DNA of 55,032 nucleotides from a virus (Duplodnaviria; Caudoviricetes): IMG/VR virus record IMGVR_UViG_3300045996_000451, positions 1 to 55,032 of that record; one strand, 5' to 3'. Shown piece by piece: positions 6,275 to 15,545 of this stretch (position 1 is its first letter; each line of letters starts with the position of its first letter). The notes under the pieces were generated by a model. It saw only the letters and a program-made list of their open reading frames with translations, ran no database searches and was not told where the DNA came from. The position numbers and the translations under genes were made by a program.

Positions 6275-9259
6275 ATGTTGTGGCTGGACTTCGAAACCTA
6301 TTCCGAAACCCCAATCAAGCACGGCACGTACCGGTACGCCGCATCTTGTGAAGTGATGGTAGCGACCTGGGCGGTGGACGACGGACCCGTGAAGCATTGG
6401 GACGCTACCTACTTTGACGAAAAACACCGCCTTAGTATTCCATTTCCTAAAGAGCTACGGGACAACCTTGAAAATCCCGACCAACTCATAACCGCCCACA
6501 ATTCGATGTTCGACCGCAACGTACTGAAGTATGCGTTAGGTATCGACGTACCCGTAGAACGGTGGCGCGACACCATGGTACAAGCCCTGGCACACTCCTT
6601 GCCTGGATCGCTGGGCGCCCTTTGTGATATCTTCCGAGTCGGTAGCGATACCGCGAAGCACAAGGAAGGCAAGCAGTTAATTCAACTTTTCTGCAAGCCG
6701 CGACCAAAAAACGCAGATATTAGGAGGGCCACACGTGTCACACACCCCGAAGAATGGGAAAAATTTATCCAGTACGCCAGATCCGACATTGCCGCAATGC
6801 GTGAAGTTGCAGGCAAGCTCCCCCGATGGAACTACGCAGGAACGGAACTTTCGTTATGGTGGCTCGATCAGCGCATTAATGATAGAGGTTTCCTGGTTGA
6901 TACTACACTCGCCAGATGTGCGCTTGACGCTGTGGACCGTGAACAAGTCCAACTGCGTCTACAATCTCAGCAGGAAACAAACGGCGCCGTAGAGTCAACC
7001 ACGCAACGCGACGTACTGCTGGAACACATCCTGCAGGAATACGGGGTAGACCTCCCCGACCTGAAGAAAGCAACCCTCGAACGCCGGCTAGAAGACCCCG
7101 ACCTCCCCGACGGAGTGAAGGCATTAATAAACATCCGGCTTCAGGCTTCCGCTTCATCCACCACCAAATACAAAGCCCTTCTAAACGCCGTCAATGACGA
7201 CGAGCGGCTACGGGGCACCATTCAATTCTGCGGCGCGGCAAGGACCGGTCGGGACGCTGGGCGCACGTTTCAACCACAAAATTTACCGTCCCGGGGACTG
7301 CTACCGAAGGACCAGATAGCCGCCGGTATCGAAGCACTGAAAGCCGGGTGCGCGGATATGATTTTCGACAACGTAATGAAGTTGACGAGTTCCACCATAC
7401 GTGGCTGCATTATCGCGCCCCCGGGTAAGAAGATTGTCGTCGCGGATTTGTCGAACATCGAAGGTCGCAAGCTGGCATGGCTCGCGGAAGAGGAATGGAA
7501 GCTGCAGGCGTTCCGCGACTTCGACGCCAAGGTAGGCCCGGACCTGTACAAGCTGGCTTACGCGAATTCTTTTCGCATTGACCCCGACGACGTGGTAGAC
7601 GACCAGCGGCAAATCGGCAAGGTTATGGAACTCATGCTGGGCTACGGCGGCGGTGTAGGTGCGTTCATTACCGGAGCGGCTACCTACAAATTCGACATCG
7701 AAGAAATGGCGAACAACGCCTGGGATTACCTACCCGGCGAACAAGTCCACGAAGCCGAAGGGTTCCTGGAATGGATCCGCAAGCAGCGTATGAGTACCTT
7801 CGGATTGTCCGACAGGGCGTTCATAGTGTGTGATGTGTTCAAGAGGCTATGGCGAGCCGCACACCCCCGTACAGCGTCATTCTGGAGCGAATTAGAGGCA
7901 GCCGTACGGCAAGCCATAAACAACCGGGGCAATACTTTCCAATGCCGGAAGTTGAAGGTACGCCGGGACGCTGCCTGGTTGCGCATCGTCCTGCCGTCCG
8001 GCCGGGCACTGTGCTACCCCTCCCCTGCTGTGGACCGGGAAACCGGGGAAATTTCATATTTGGGGCAGAACCAGTACAGCCGGAAGTGGAGTCGCATAAA
8101 AACTTACGGGGGTAAGTTAGCCGAGAATTGCATAGCCGCCGGCACGCTTGTCCTAACCCGGCGCGGTTGGATTGCTATAGAACGTGCTACGGTAACTGAT
8201 ACAGTATGGGACGGTATCGATTGGGTTACTCAAAATGGTTGCATTTACAGGGGTAATCAGGCAGTATTAGTAAGGTATGGAGTCACCATGACACCAGACC
8301 ATAAAATACTAACTGAACGGGGGTGGATAGATGCATCATCGTGCGAAGGACATAACCGGGTTACGTGTCGGATACCTAACGGCTACGAGTTACCACGGGT
8401 CAGACGGGAAGAAGTCGCTATGGGAAGTGGGGTGCGACTGCGGGAAGACGGTAATACTTGCTGCGTCCGAGCTAAAGAAGATGAAGACACGGGGCATAGT
8501 AGCTTCCTGCGGGTGTATGCGAAACGCGTCTATAGGCGCGAAACGGATAGCCCACGGCATGACGACGCACCCCGCTTATGGGGTATGGCGGAGCATGATA
8601 GACAGGTGCAGGCTACCCACACACCAGGCGTGGCACAACTACGGCGGGCGGGGGATACGTGTCTGCGCGGAATGGGAGAGATCCTTCGAGAACTTCTGGC
8701 GCGATATGGGGCCTACATACCGGCGCGGCTTGACCATAGAACGAGTGGACAACATGCAGGGATACTTCCCGGAGAACTGCGCCTGGAAAACATCGCTGCG
8801 TCAGGCGAACAATCGGCGTACAAACCGGCGCCTGGATACCCCGGCGGGCAAGCTAACCGTATCCGAAGCGGCGAGGGTGTACGGGATAAAAGTGAATACG
8901 CTACTTTATCGACTGGCGAACGGCTGGGATTTGCACCGCGCACTGAACACGTCTACGACCTCATTAACTGCGGACCGCGTAGCCAGTTCGTTGTAGTGGG
9001 CACAGATGGTCCCGTTATCGTCCACAACTGTACCCAGGCGAGTTCCCGGGATGTGTTTTACCACAACATGCCCGATATTGAAGACGCCGGTTACGGGATC
9101 ATATTACGGGTACATGATGAACTAGTTACAGAAGTGGACGATACGGAACACTTTACAGTAACGTCACTAGCTGGTATAATGTCACGCACAAATGAATGGT
9201 CGCAGGGACTACCACTAGCCGCTGCGGGTTTTGAAACAAGACGTTACCGAAAAGGATAG
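6275..9259 (+). CDS. polA: Family A DNA polymerase with 3'-5' exonuclease, intein-containing
   Basis: WLDFET exo I, AHNSMFD exo II, VADLSNIE motif A, RQIGKVMELMLGY motif B, RVHDE motif C; GAGGA RBS before ATG 6275. Confidence 0.95.
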   Translation: MLWLDFETYSETPIKHGTYRYAASCEVMVATWAVDDGPVKHWDATYFDEKHRLSIPFPKELRDNLENPDQLITAHNSMFDRNVLKYALGIDVPVERWRDTMVQALAHSLPGSLGALCDIFRVGSDTAKHKEGKQLIQLFCKPRPKNADIRRATRVTHPEEWEKFIQYARSDIAAMREVAGKLPRWNYAGTELSLWWLDQRINDRGFLVDTTLARCALDAVDREQVQLRLQSQQETNGAVESTTQRDVLLEHILQEYGVDLPDLKKATLERRLEDPDLPDGVKALINIRLQASASSTTKYKALLNAVNDDERLRGTIQFCGAARTGRDAGRTFQPQNLPSRGLLPKDQIAAGIEALKAGCADMIFDNVMKLTSSTIRGCIIAPPGKKIVVADLSNIEGRKLAWLAEEEWKLQAFRDFDAKVGPDLYKLAYANSFRIDPDDVVDDQRQIGKVMELMLGYGGGVGAFITGAATYKFDIEEMANNAWDYLPGEQVHEAEGFLEWIRKQRMSTFGLSDRAFIVCDVFKRLWRAAHPRTASFWSELEAAVRQAINNRGNTFQCRKLKVRRDAAWLRIVLPSGRALCYPSPAVDRETGEISYLGQNQYSRKWSRIKTYGGKLAENCIAAGTLVLTRRGWIAIERATVTDTVWDGIDWVTQNGCIYRGNQAVLVRYGVTMTPDHKILTERGWIDASSCEGHNRVTCRIPNGYELPRVRREEVAMGSGVRLREDGNTCCVRAKEDEDTGHSSFLRVYAKRVYRRETDSPRHDDAPRLWGMAEHDRQVQATHTPGVAQLRRAGDTCLRGMGEILRELLARYGAYIPARLDHRTSGQHAGILPGELRLENIAASGEQSAYKPAPGYPGGQANRIRSGEGVRDKSEYATLSTGERLGFAPRTEHVYDLINCGPRSQFVVVGTDGPVIVHNCTQASSRDVFYHNMPDIEDAGYGIILRVHDELVTEVDDTEHFTVTSLAGIMSRTNEWSQGLPLAAAGFETRRYRKG
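8129..9028 (+). mobile_element. Intein (300 aa) in PolA
   Basis: N-junction KLAEN|CIAAGTLVLT, block B TPDH, block F VYDL, block G VHN|C; removing it restores KLAEN-CTQA..RD. Confidence 0.93.
8331..8996 (+). CDS. HNH-type homing endonuclease nested in the intein, in the +1 frame
   Basis: CDCG..SCGC, W.SM..RC, YGGRGIRVC..W..F.NF..DMG, TIERVDN..GY.PENC.W, QANN and C-terminal HTH; GGGGGTGG RBS-like run before the ATG. Confidence 0.88.
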   Translation: MHHRAKDITGLRVGYLTATSYHGSDGKKSLWEVGCDCGKTVILAASELKKMKTRGIVASCGCMRNASIGAKRIAHGMTTHPAYGVWRSMIDRCRLPTHQAWHNYGGRGIRVCAEWERSFENFWRDMGPTYRRGLTIERVDNMQGYFPENCAWKTSLRQANNRRTNRRLDTPAGKLTVSEAARVYGIKVNTLLYRLANGWDLHRALNTSTTSLTADRVASSL

Positions 9260-9264
9260 ACACC

Positions 9265-9468
9265 ATGTACCCGGTACTTGAAGGATACGTTACAAGCGAC
9301 GGTAAGTATTACAAAAACAAAGACGTAGCCGAGCAAAAAGAAATAATGCTGGAAATAGAGAAAAATCTCGATGATTCGCCGCTATTGTTTCCGGGATTTC
9401 ATATAGCGGTACGCCGTATTCTGGGGCACCTTGAAGAAAATTACACCCTCGTTCGGAAACCAAAATGA
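9265..9468 (+). CDS. Hypothetical protein
   Basis: AAAGGA RBS; ATGA overlap with the next gene. Confidence 0.6.
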   Translation: MYPVLEGYVTSDGKYYKNKDVAEQKEIMLEIEKNLDDSPLLFPGFHIAVRRILGHLEENYTLVRKPK

Positions 9469-10010
9469 AAATAATAGGATTGACCGGCAAAGCCGGGGTA
9501 GGTAAAGACACAGTAGCCGACCACCTGGTAGAAAAATACGGGTTTGTGAAGTACAGTTTCGCCAAGCCCTTGAAAGACATGTTGAAAGTTATCGGCGTCG
9601 ATTGCGATAACCGCGAAACAAAAGAACTTCCTCACCCCACCTTCGGGGTGTCCCCCCGCCGCATGGCACAAACATTGGGCACCGAATGGATGAGGAATTG
9701 CGTAGCTGCGGACGGGTGGCTACTGCTTGCGCAAGCCTACGTCGAAGCAATCCGCCACGGCAACCAGTACGCCGACGACCTTACCTACATCGAAGGCGTG
9801 GTGTTCTCGGATGTGCGCTTCGACAATGAAGCCAATTTTATACGGAAACACGGTTACATGGTACATGTACTCAGAAACGTGGACGCTGTACAGGAACACG
9901 AATCAGAGAACGGGGTAAAGGTCAACGACCTGGTAGACCGTTATTTGTTGAACGACAAGACGAAGGAAGTAACCTTCCGCCGCCTGAACGATATCATGGT
10001 GGACTTGTGA
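9465..10010 (+). CDS. Deoxynucleoside monophosphate kinase
   Basis: IIGLTGKAGVGKDT P-loop, SFAKPLK, Q.LGTE..R, SDVRF.NE, HESE. Confidence 0.9.
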   Translation: MKIIGLTGKAGVGKDTVADHLVEKYGFVKYSFAKPLKDMLKVIGVDCDNRETKELPHPTFGVSPRRMAQTLGTEWMRNCVAADGWLLLAQAYVEAIRHGNQYADDLTYIEGVVFSDVRFDNEANFIRKHGYMVHVLRNVDAVQEHESENGVKVNDLVDRYLLNDKTKEVTFRRLNDIMVDL

Positions 10011-10183
10011 TGGACCAATCCCGCGAACTGCTAACCCAAGCCGCCGAACGGCTGGCACACCACACAAGCAACATAGCCGACCGTGTGCTAGGCGACCGGA
10101 TATACAAGCACCTGTACGCAACCAGCGAACCGGGAACCCCGGTTCCGTTCATCCCGATGAAGATCAAGGAAGAGGAAGATTGA
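10010..10183 (+). CDS. Small hypothetical protein (57 aa)
   Basis: TGATG overlaps at both ends; below the ORF-track cutoff. Confidence 0.5.
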   Translation: MDQSRELLTQAAERLAHHTSNIADRVLGDRIYKHLYATSEPGTPVPFIPMKIKEEED

Positions 10184-10283
10184 TGGACGACCCGCTAACC
10201 CGTGGAATCCTGAACATGGTTTGCCTACTGGCGTTTATTGATTACGTTCTGTGGGTTTTGAACGGTCCCTATTGGTCTTCGCT

Positions 10284-10511
10284 ATGAGCCAATCGAAACG
10301 CGGTTCCATGGTAGAGACTGTTACGGGAACGGCAATCGGTTACACGGTTGCGGTCGTGTCACAGATAATAATTTTCCCGTTCTTCGATATCAACCTGCCC
10401 GTCGAATCGAACATGGTAATAGCTTTGTGGTTCACGGTTATATCCCTGCTTCGCGGGTACTGGGTACGAAGGCTTTTTAATTTCATGCACGTAAAAGGGG
10501 TTTTGAAGTGA
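10284..10511 (+). CDS. Small two-TM phage membrane protein
   Basis: MSQSKRGS..E.....IGY...FTVIS..RGY..RRLFN pattern common in phages. Confidence 0.7.
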   Translation: MSQSKRGSMVETVTGTAIGYTVAVVSQIIIFPFFDINLPVESNMVIALWFTVISLLRGYWVRRLFNFMHVKGVLK

Positions 10512-10572
10512 TCGAATTTTTAGTGGGTATCCTGTTTGGATTTGTCGTTTGTTTCCTGTGGATGTACTACGG

Positions 10573-10734
10573 ATGAACACCCCGTACAACGAAGGGCACC
10601 GCGCAGCACAGAAGGGGTTCACCCTGGACGACAACCCGTACACGGACGACGAGCGGGCGTCGCAATGGGAAGAAGGCTTCTGTTCCTACCAGCCCAAACA
10701 GAAAATCCGGAGGGGGAAACGGGAATGGAACTGA
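10573..10734 (+). CDS. Ribosome modulation factor (Rmf)-like small protein
   Basis: Y.EG..A...G.....NPY........W.EGF pattern resembles Rmf. Confidence 0.55.
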   Translation: MNTPYNEGHRAAQKGFTLDDNPYTDDERASQWEEGFCSYQPKQKIRRGKREWN

Positions 10735-10780
10735 TAATCATAATCGTGCTGTGCCTGTTGGTACTCGGGAGGATTGGGCG

Positions 10781-10978
10781 ATGATACATAAACTTGTCCC
10801 GTGGCTTGTGCTTGCTGCCGTGCTGTACCTTCTGGGTGTCGTCATTTGGGACTACGCCCACCGTCCGGTAACAGTGTTTGAACTGTTCATACTTTTAGGG
10901 ATGACGGGTTCCGGTGCCGTGGTGGTATGGGGGTACTTCAGAATGTACGCTATTTTCGAACGGATGATCGGCAAGTGA
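10781..10978 (+). CDS. Small two-TM membrane protein
   Basis: Two hydrophobic helices; overlaps neighbouring genes. Confidence 0.55.
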   Translation: MIHKLVPWLVLAAVLYLLGVVIWDYAHRPVTVFELFILLGMTGSGAVVVWGYFRMYAIFERMIGK

Positions 10979-11253
10979 CCGCCATTAGAGAACGCGACGT
11001 GGAACGCTACGGGCGCCGCAGAGCCAAGGAAGTAGGCGGTGAAATCCGAAAGGTTAAATGGATCAACCGAGCACACGCCCCTGATGACGCTTTCTTTAAA
11101 GCCGGTACCCACTGGATTGAATTTAAGGCACCCGGCGAGAAGCCGCGCCCCGGCCAAGTGAGGGAGTTCGAACGCATGGCGAAACAGGGCGCACCGGTTC
11201 ACGTGCTTGATACCTTCGAAGCGGTAGACAAATTTATGGGGAAGTTCGCATGA
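10975..11253 (+). CDS. VRR-NUC domain nuclease
   Basis: PD...WIEFKAP....P.Q motif; GTGA overlap. Confidence 0.85.
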   Translation: MTAIRERDVERYGRRRAKEVGGEIRKVKWINRAHAPDDAFFKAGTHWIEFKAPGEKPRPGQVREFERMAKQGAPVHVLDTFEAVDKFMGKFA

Positions 11254-11456
11254 ACCCACCACCAATGCCCACGCTACTGGAACTGCTTACGCCGCCCGCA
11301 CCCCCGCCGGTCCGTGTACCATACGTTCGCACTACCCTTTGCGCTACCTGCAAAATAGAACCACGTGCGGTTATGAAAAATGGTAAGCTAGACGCGTACT
11401 GTACACAGTGCAAAAAGATAATGAACAAGAAACACTACAAGAAGAGAACGTATTAA
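11250..11456 (+). CDS. Small Zn-finger protein
   Basis: CATC...YCTQC. Confidence 0.55.
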   Translation: MNPPPMPTLLELLTPPAPPPVRVPYVRTTLCATCKIEPRAVMKNGKLDAYCTQCKKIMNKKHYKKRTY

Positions 11457-12859
11457 TGTCACGTAAACCGTACACACCGCGCCCCTACGGGGGTTTAATT
11501 ACTTCGCACATCATGGACGTGCCCCGGGGCGCGGTGTTCGCTGGCATGGGTATGGGTAAGACCGTCTGTACCCTTACCGCCCTGGATAACCTGTTCCTGT
11601 CCGGTGACAGCCACCCCAAGCTGGTTCTTGCGCCCTTGCGAGTTGCGCGCACCACATGGCCGGAAGAGGCGCGCAAGTGGGACCACCTCCGCCACATAAG
11701 CGTAATGCCGATTATAGGCAACGAGTCCGAACGCCGGCAAGCGTTGAAGTACGACGCGTCCGTGTACACCACGAACTACGAGAACATACCGTGGCTGGTG
11801 GACCACTTCGGCGACCGCTGGCCATTCGAACACATAGTAAGCGACGAATCCACGCGGCTGAAGGGTTTCAGGCTTCGCCAGGGTACCAAAAGGGCGCGGG
11901 CACTGGGCAAAGTAGCCCACACCAAAATAAAACGATTCACGAACCTTACAGGCACGCCCGCGCCCAACGGCTTACAAGACTTGTGGGGGCAAACGTGGTT
12001 CCTGGACGCCGGCAAGCGGTTGGGGAAAACCTACTCGGGGTTCCGGGACCGCTGGTTCGCTACCACGTTCGACGGGTTCGGACTCAAGCCGCACGACCAT
12101 ACCCAGAACGAAATCCAGGCGGCGCTATCCGACATCTGCTTGACCGTGGACGCAAAAGACTGGTTCGACCTTAAGGAACCGATAGTCAATAACTTGTACG
12201 TGGACCTGCCGCCGTCCGCCCGCCGCCTGTACGACACGATGGAAAAGGAATTTTTCATCCAATTGGAAAGCGGCCACGAGATTGAAGCCTTCAACGCGGC
12301 CGCCCGGACACAGAAGCTACTGCAGATTGCCAACGGCGCCGCGTACGTGGATCCCCTGGTCGAAGACGACCGCCACCCGAAAGCGAAAGAATGGAAGGAA
12401 CTCCACGATGCAAAAATCCAAGCCCTTGAAGACATCATCGAGGAAGCGTCCGGCGCTCCTGTTCTGGTTGCGTACCACTTCCAAAGCGACCTCGCACGAC
12501 TGCGGAAAGCATTCCCGCAGGGAAGGCACCTGGATAAGGAACCTTCCACGATAGCCGAATGGAACGCCGGAAAAATCCCCGTCCTGTTCGCCCATCCCCA
12601 GTCCGCAGGACATGGATTGAACCTTCAGGACGGCGGCAATATCTTGGTGTTCTTCGCGCATAACTGGGCACTGGAAGACCGCCTGCAGATACTTGAGCGT
12701 ATAGGCCCAGTCCGGCAACTGCAAGCCGGTTACGACCGCAACGTGTTCATCCACAACATAATCGCGCGCGACACCGTGGACGAACTGGTAATCGCCAGGG
12801 TCGAAACGAAACGCGAGGTTCAGGACATTTTACTTGAAGCATTACGGAGACGGCACTAA
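11456..12859 (+). CDS. SNF2-family helicase
   Basis: GMGMGKT, DEST, LTGTP, AGHGLNLQ. Confidence 0.92.
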   Translation: MSRKPYTPRPYGGLITSHIMDVPRGAVFAGMGMGKTVCTLTALDNLFLSGDSHPKLVLAPLRVARTTWPEEARKWDHLRHISVMPIIGNESERRQALKYDASVYTTNYENIPWLVDHFGDRWPFEHIVSDESTRLKGFRLRQGTKRARALGKVAHTKIKRFTNLTGTPAPNGLQDLWGQTWFLDAGKRLGKTYSGFRDRWFATTFDGFGLKPHDHTQNEIQAALSDICLTVDAKDWFDLKEPIVNNLYVDLPPSARRLYDTMEKEFFIQLESGHEIEAFNAAARTQKLLQIANGAAYVDPLVEDDRHPKAKEWKELHDAKIQALEDIIEEASGAPVLVAYHFQSDLARLRKAFPQGRHLDKEPSTIAEWNAGKIPVLFAHPQSAGHGLNLQDGGNILVFFAHNWALEDRLQILERIGPVRQLQAGYDRNVFIHNIIARDTVDELVIARVETKREVQDILLEALRRRH

Positions 12860-13032
12860 TGAGTACCGACGAAGAAATTTACGTTCTGCAAGTAAAGAAC
12901 TGGACTTTCCGGGATATGGACGGGCACGTGGGTTTTACTCGTGACTGGGAGTTCGCGCTAGCGTGGGCGCAAGTTAAGGAAGAAGACCATCGCGACTACC
13001 GGGTAGTAACGAAGATAAGAGAATACCGATGA
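12859..13032 (+). CDS. Small hypothetical protein (57 aa)
   Basis: TAATG and ATGA overlaps with neighbours. Confidence 0.5.
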   Translation: MSTDEEIYVLQVKNWTFRDMDGHVGFTRDWEFALAWAQVKEEDHRDYRVVTKIREYR

Positions 13033-13988
13033 ATAAAATATTCTTCGGTGACTGTATCAAGTCCATGGAACAGTTACCCGCCGGGATAGCCCACACCTGC
13101 GTAACATCGCCGCCCTACTTCGGCTTGCGGGACTACGGACACGAAGGGCAAATCGGATTAGAGCCAACCCCCGACGAGTTTGTAGCCAAGCTGGTAGCCG
13201 TGTTCCGCGAAGTCCGGCGCGTGCTTCGGGACGACGGAACGCTATGGCTGAACTTGGGGGATAGTTACAGCGTCCAGCATATCGGAAGGCGTGACCACGG
13301 GACGGGCAACAAGACTTCGAAACTAGGGCCGAACAAAGATGGGCTACCGGGCGGCACAGAAATAAAGGCGAACGGTAATCGCTTGGTCGCGGGACTCAAA
13401 CCCAAAGACCTAATCGGAATCCCTTGGCGCGTAGCCTTCGCTCTGCAAGCCGACGGCTGGTATCTCCGGCAAGACATTATCTGGCACAAGCCTAACCCTA
13501 TGCCGGAGAGCGTCACAGATCGCTGCACTAAATCCCATGAGTACATATTCCTGCTGAGCAAATCAGAGCGGTATTACTTCGACCATGAGGCGATAAAGGA
13601 ACCGCTCGCGGAATCGAGTATTCCGCGCCTGAAACAGAACATAGCCGAACAGGTAGGGACCACCCGCCACGTCGGTAAAACTAACGGCAACTTCAAGGCG
13701 CAAGGCAATCTCGAAACCGGACTCAGGAATAGACGGGACGTTTGGACAGTAACCACGAAACCATACAAGGGCGCCCACTTCGCTACCTTCCCGCCGGACC
13801 TCATAACCCCCTGCGTGCTGGCCGGCGCCCCGCCTGAAGGCGTTGTGCTTGACCCCTTCATGGGTTCCGGAACTACCGCTATGGTCGCGGTAACACATGG
13901 ACGGCGTTACATAGGCTGTGAACTGAACCCTGAATATGCACCGTTACAGGACGCGCGTATTAGCTCGCTTTTCGCGGACATGATATGA
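13029..13988 (+). CDS. Orphan N4-C/N6-A DNA methyltransferase (beta class)
   Basis: VTSPPY catalytic motif precedes DPFMGSGTT SAM-binding motif. Confidence 0.92.
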   Translation: MNKIFFGDCIKSMEQLPAGIAHTCVTSPPYFGLRDYGHEGQIGLEPTPDEFVAKLVAVFREVRRVLRDDGTLWLNLGDSYSVQHIGRRDHGTGNKTSKLGPNKDGLPGGTEIKANGNRLVAGLKPKDLIGIPWRVAFALQADGWYLRQDIIWHKPNPMPESVTDRCTKSHEYIFLLSKSERYYFDHEAIKEPLAESSIPRLKQNIAEQVGTTRHVGKTNGNFKAQGNLETGLRNRRDVWTVTTKPYKGAHFATFPPDLITPCVLAGAPPEGVVLDPFMGSGTTAMVAVTHGRRYIGCELNPEYAPLQDARISSLFADMI

Positions 13989-14197
13989 TAGACAAACCCA
14001 TAACGGCACCCGACGGACAACTAAAATGGATTTACTCGCCGCCGGAGAACACACAATCGAAACTGATATTACTGCAGCGGGAAGGCTGCGCAGTGGTGGG
14101 CAAATGGGAAAAGGGGCTGGGCTGGATAGCCTGGTGCCCCCTGCCCCAGCGGGATAAAGAAAAGGAAATTGAACTCGGATATAGGGAGAAACCATAA
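13985..14197 (+). CDS. Hypothetical protein (DUF551-like W.PLP motif)
   Basis: W..PP....AWCPLP. Confidence 0.55.
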   Translation: MIDKPITAPDGQLKWIYSPPENTQSKLILLQREGCAVVGKWEKGLGWIAWCPLPQRDKEKEIELGYREKP

Positions 14198-14388
14198 TGG
14201 CCGACGAAGCAGATAGAGGAAATTACAACGCCGAATATAAAACCGCCAACGTACTGGCGGATATTCGCGAGCAAGCGAAATGGATACCCGTGGGCGTGCC
14301 CGGGGACTGTGCCGAGTGCGGGGAACACTTTACGCGACTTGTTCGCGGTTACTGTGGACGGTGCCGCGATTTGTTACGTAAAGCTTGA
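14197..14388 (+). CDS. TraR/DksA-like C4 Zn-finger protein
   Basis: MADEADR start and CAECGE...CGRC. Confidence 0.7.
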   Translation: MADEADRGNYNAEYKTANVLADIREQAKWIPVGVPGDCAECGEHFTRLVRGYCGRCRDLLRKA

Positions 14389-14413
14389 CAGTATCTATAT
14401 CACCTGATACAGT
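14385..14413 (+). promoter_or_regulatory. Sigma70-type promoter with operator, driving tiny ORFs at 14449..14920
   Basis: TTGACA-17-TACAGT; ATATCACCTGATAC at 14397..14410. Confidence 0.7.
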
Positions 14414-14921
14414 ACCGTCGTCACATGACAACAACCGGAGACACAAAAATGTTTGATGAGTCCGACATCGATACACCGACGTTAGGCGACGAAGTACAGG
14501 ACCAGGTAGCGGAAGTTTTCCACTTCCGTAACGTGGAACACTTACCCGAAGAACGGAGTTACGAATAATGCGCTGGATAGTGGTCGCCTGGATAGTTACC
14601 ACGGTGGCGTTCATGGGGTTCATCGATAACCAGCGGATTGCGTTTCAGGCATCAAACGCGCATTGCGGGAAGTACAAGACAACGTGAAGAGGTTCTTTGT
14701 CTGGGAAGGCGGCTACGAATCGGTGGACTTGGATCTGGCGGCCGTCATTCTTTCGCTAGCCGCTTTTGTTTTACTGGTGTACGGGGTCGCGGTCTGCCTT
14801 AGATGAGCGACACAGCTTATGTATTTTTATCAGTGCTTCTTATTTCCATTCCTGTATCCCTATTCTTTCTGGTCCGGCATGTTCGGAACCTCCTACGTGA
14901 AGAAAGTAAATACCTTTGGTA

Positions 14922-14942
14922 AAAGGGGCTACGCGCCCCTTT
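14922..14942. terminator. Bidirectional terminator where the two arms converge
   Basis: AAAGGGGC-TACGC-GCCCCTTT. Confidence 0.65.
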
Positions 14943-14952
14943 CCATACCCGG

Positions 14953-15492
14953 TCATTGGTGCATACCTACCATGTCGGTAGCGCGTCGCATCGGGTGGGC
15001 GGGCTTCTCTTCCTTCTTCACGGCGGCGAGGTCGCCGAAGCTGGTACCTTCCGGGAACTTAAACTGTATACCGGAGTCTGTCACCTGGACTTCAGTAGCC
15101 AGTTTAGGTTCGGCAATCGAGGGTTGCCGTCTGTGCCAGGTAAATCGTAACTGCAAGGGTGAATCGCCGTCCGCGTTGCGCTTCAAGGGCGCTAGTAACC
15201 ACCCCTCTTCCACGTCCGGCGGAAGCCGTTGTATCAACCCCATGCCGTTCACCGCGTCGATCAGAAGGTCAACCCGCATACCCGCTTCGAACTTGGCTTT
15301 GTGTGCCGCTTCGACACCGATACGGATACGGACGAAGGGAACCAAACCGCCCTTACCGCGTTTCGGTTTCGCGAGGTCGGTAGCGATCAGGATACCTTCT
15401 TCCTTTTCAGGGTCCAGTTTCGTAACCGAACTTACGGCTTCTTTCTGAATTAGGGCTGCGGATACGAAAGTGGGTTGTACGGGCTTTGCCAT
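14953..15492 (-). CDS. Hypothetical protein, possibly AbrB-like swapped-hairpin
   Basis: TAAGGAG RBS and its own promoter; RIRIGVEAAHKAKFEAGMRVDLLID resembles the AbrB/SymE pattern. Confidence 0.7.
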   Translation of the reverse strand: MAKPVQPTFVSAALIQKEAVSSVTKLDPEKEEGILIATDLAKPKRGKGGLVPFVRIRIGVEAAHKAKFEAGMRVDLLIDAVNGMGLIQRLPPDVEEGWLLAPLKRNADGDSPLQLRFTWHRRQPSIAEPKLATEVQVTDSGIQFKFPEGTSFGDLAAVKKEEKPAHPMRRATDMVGMHQ

Positions 15493-15545
15493 GTGCGCTA
15501 CTCCTTAGTAATTACACTCGGCGGGATTGCCGGTGCATGTGAGTA

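Noticed and set aside
11656-12174. Second hidden same-strand overlapping gene inside the helicase
   Set aside because: Unlike 8331..8996 it has no domain motifs and the helicase has no insertion here
13029-13988. Restriction-modification system
   Set aside because: No adjacent restriction endonuclease; this is an orphan phage methylase
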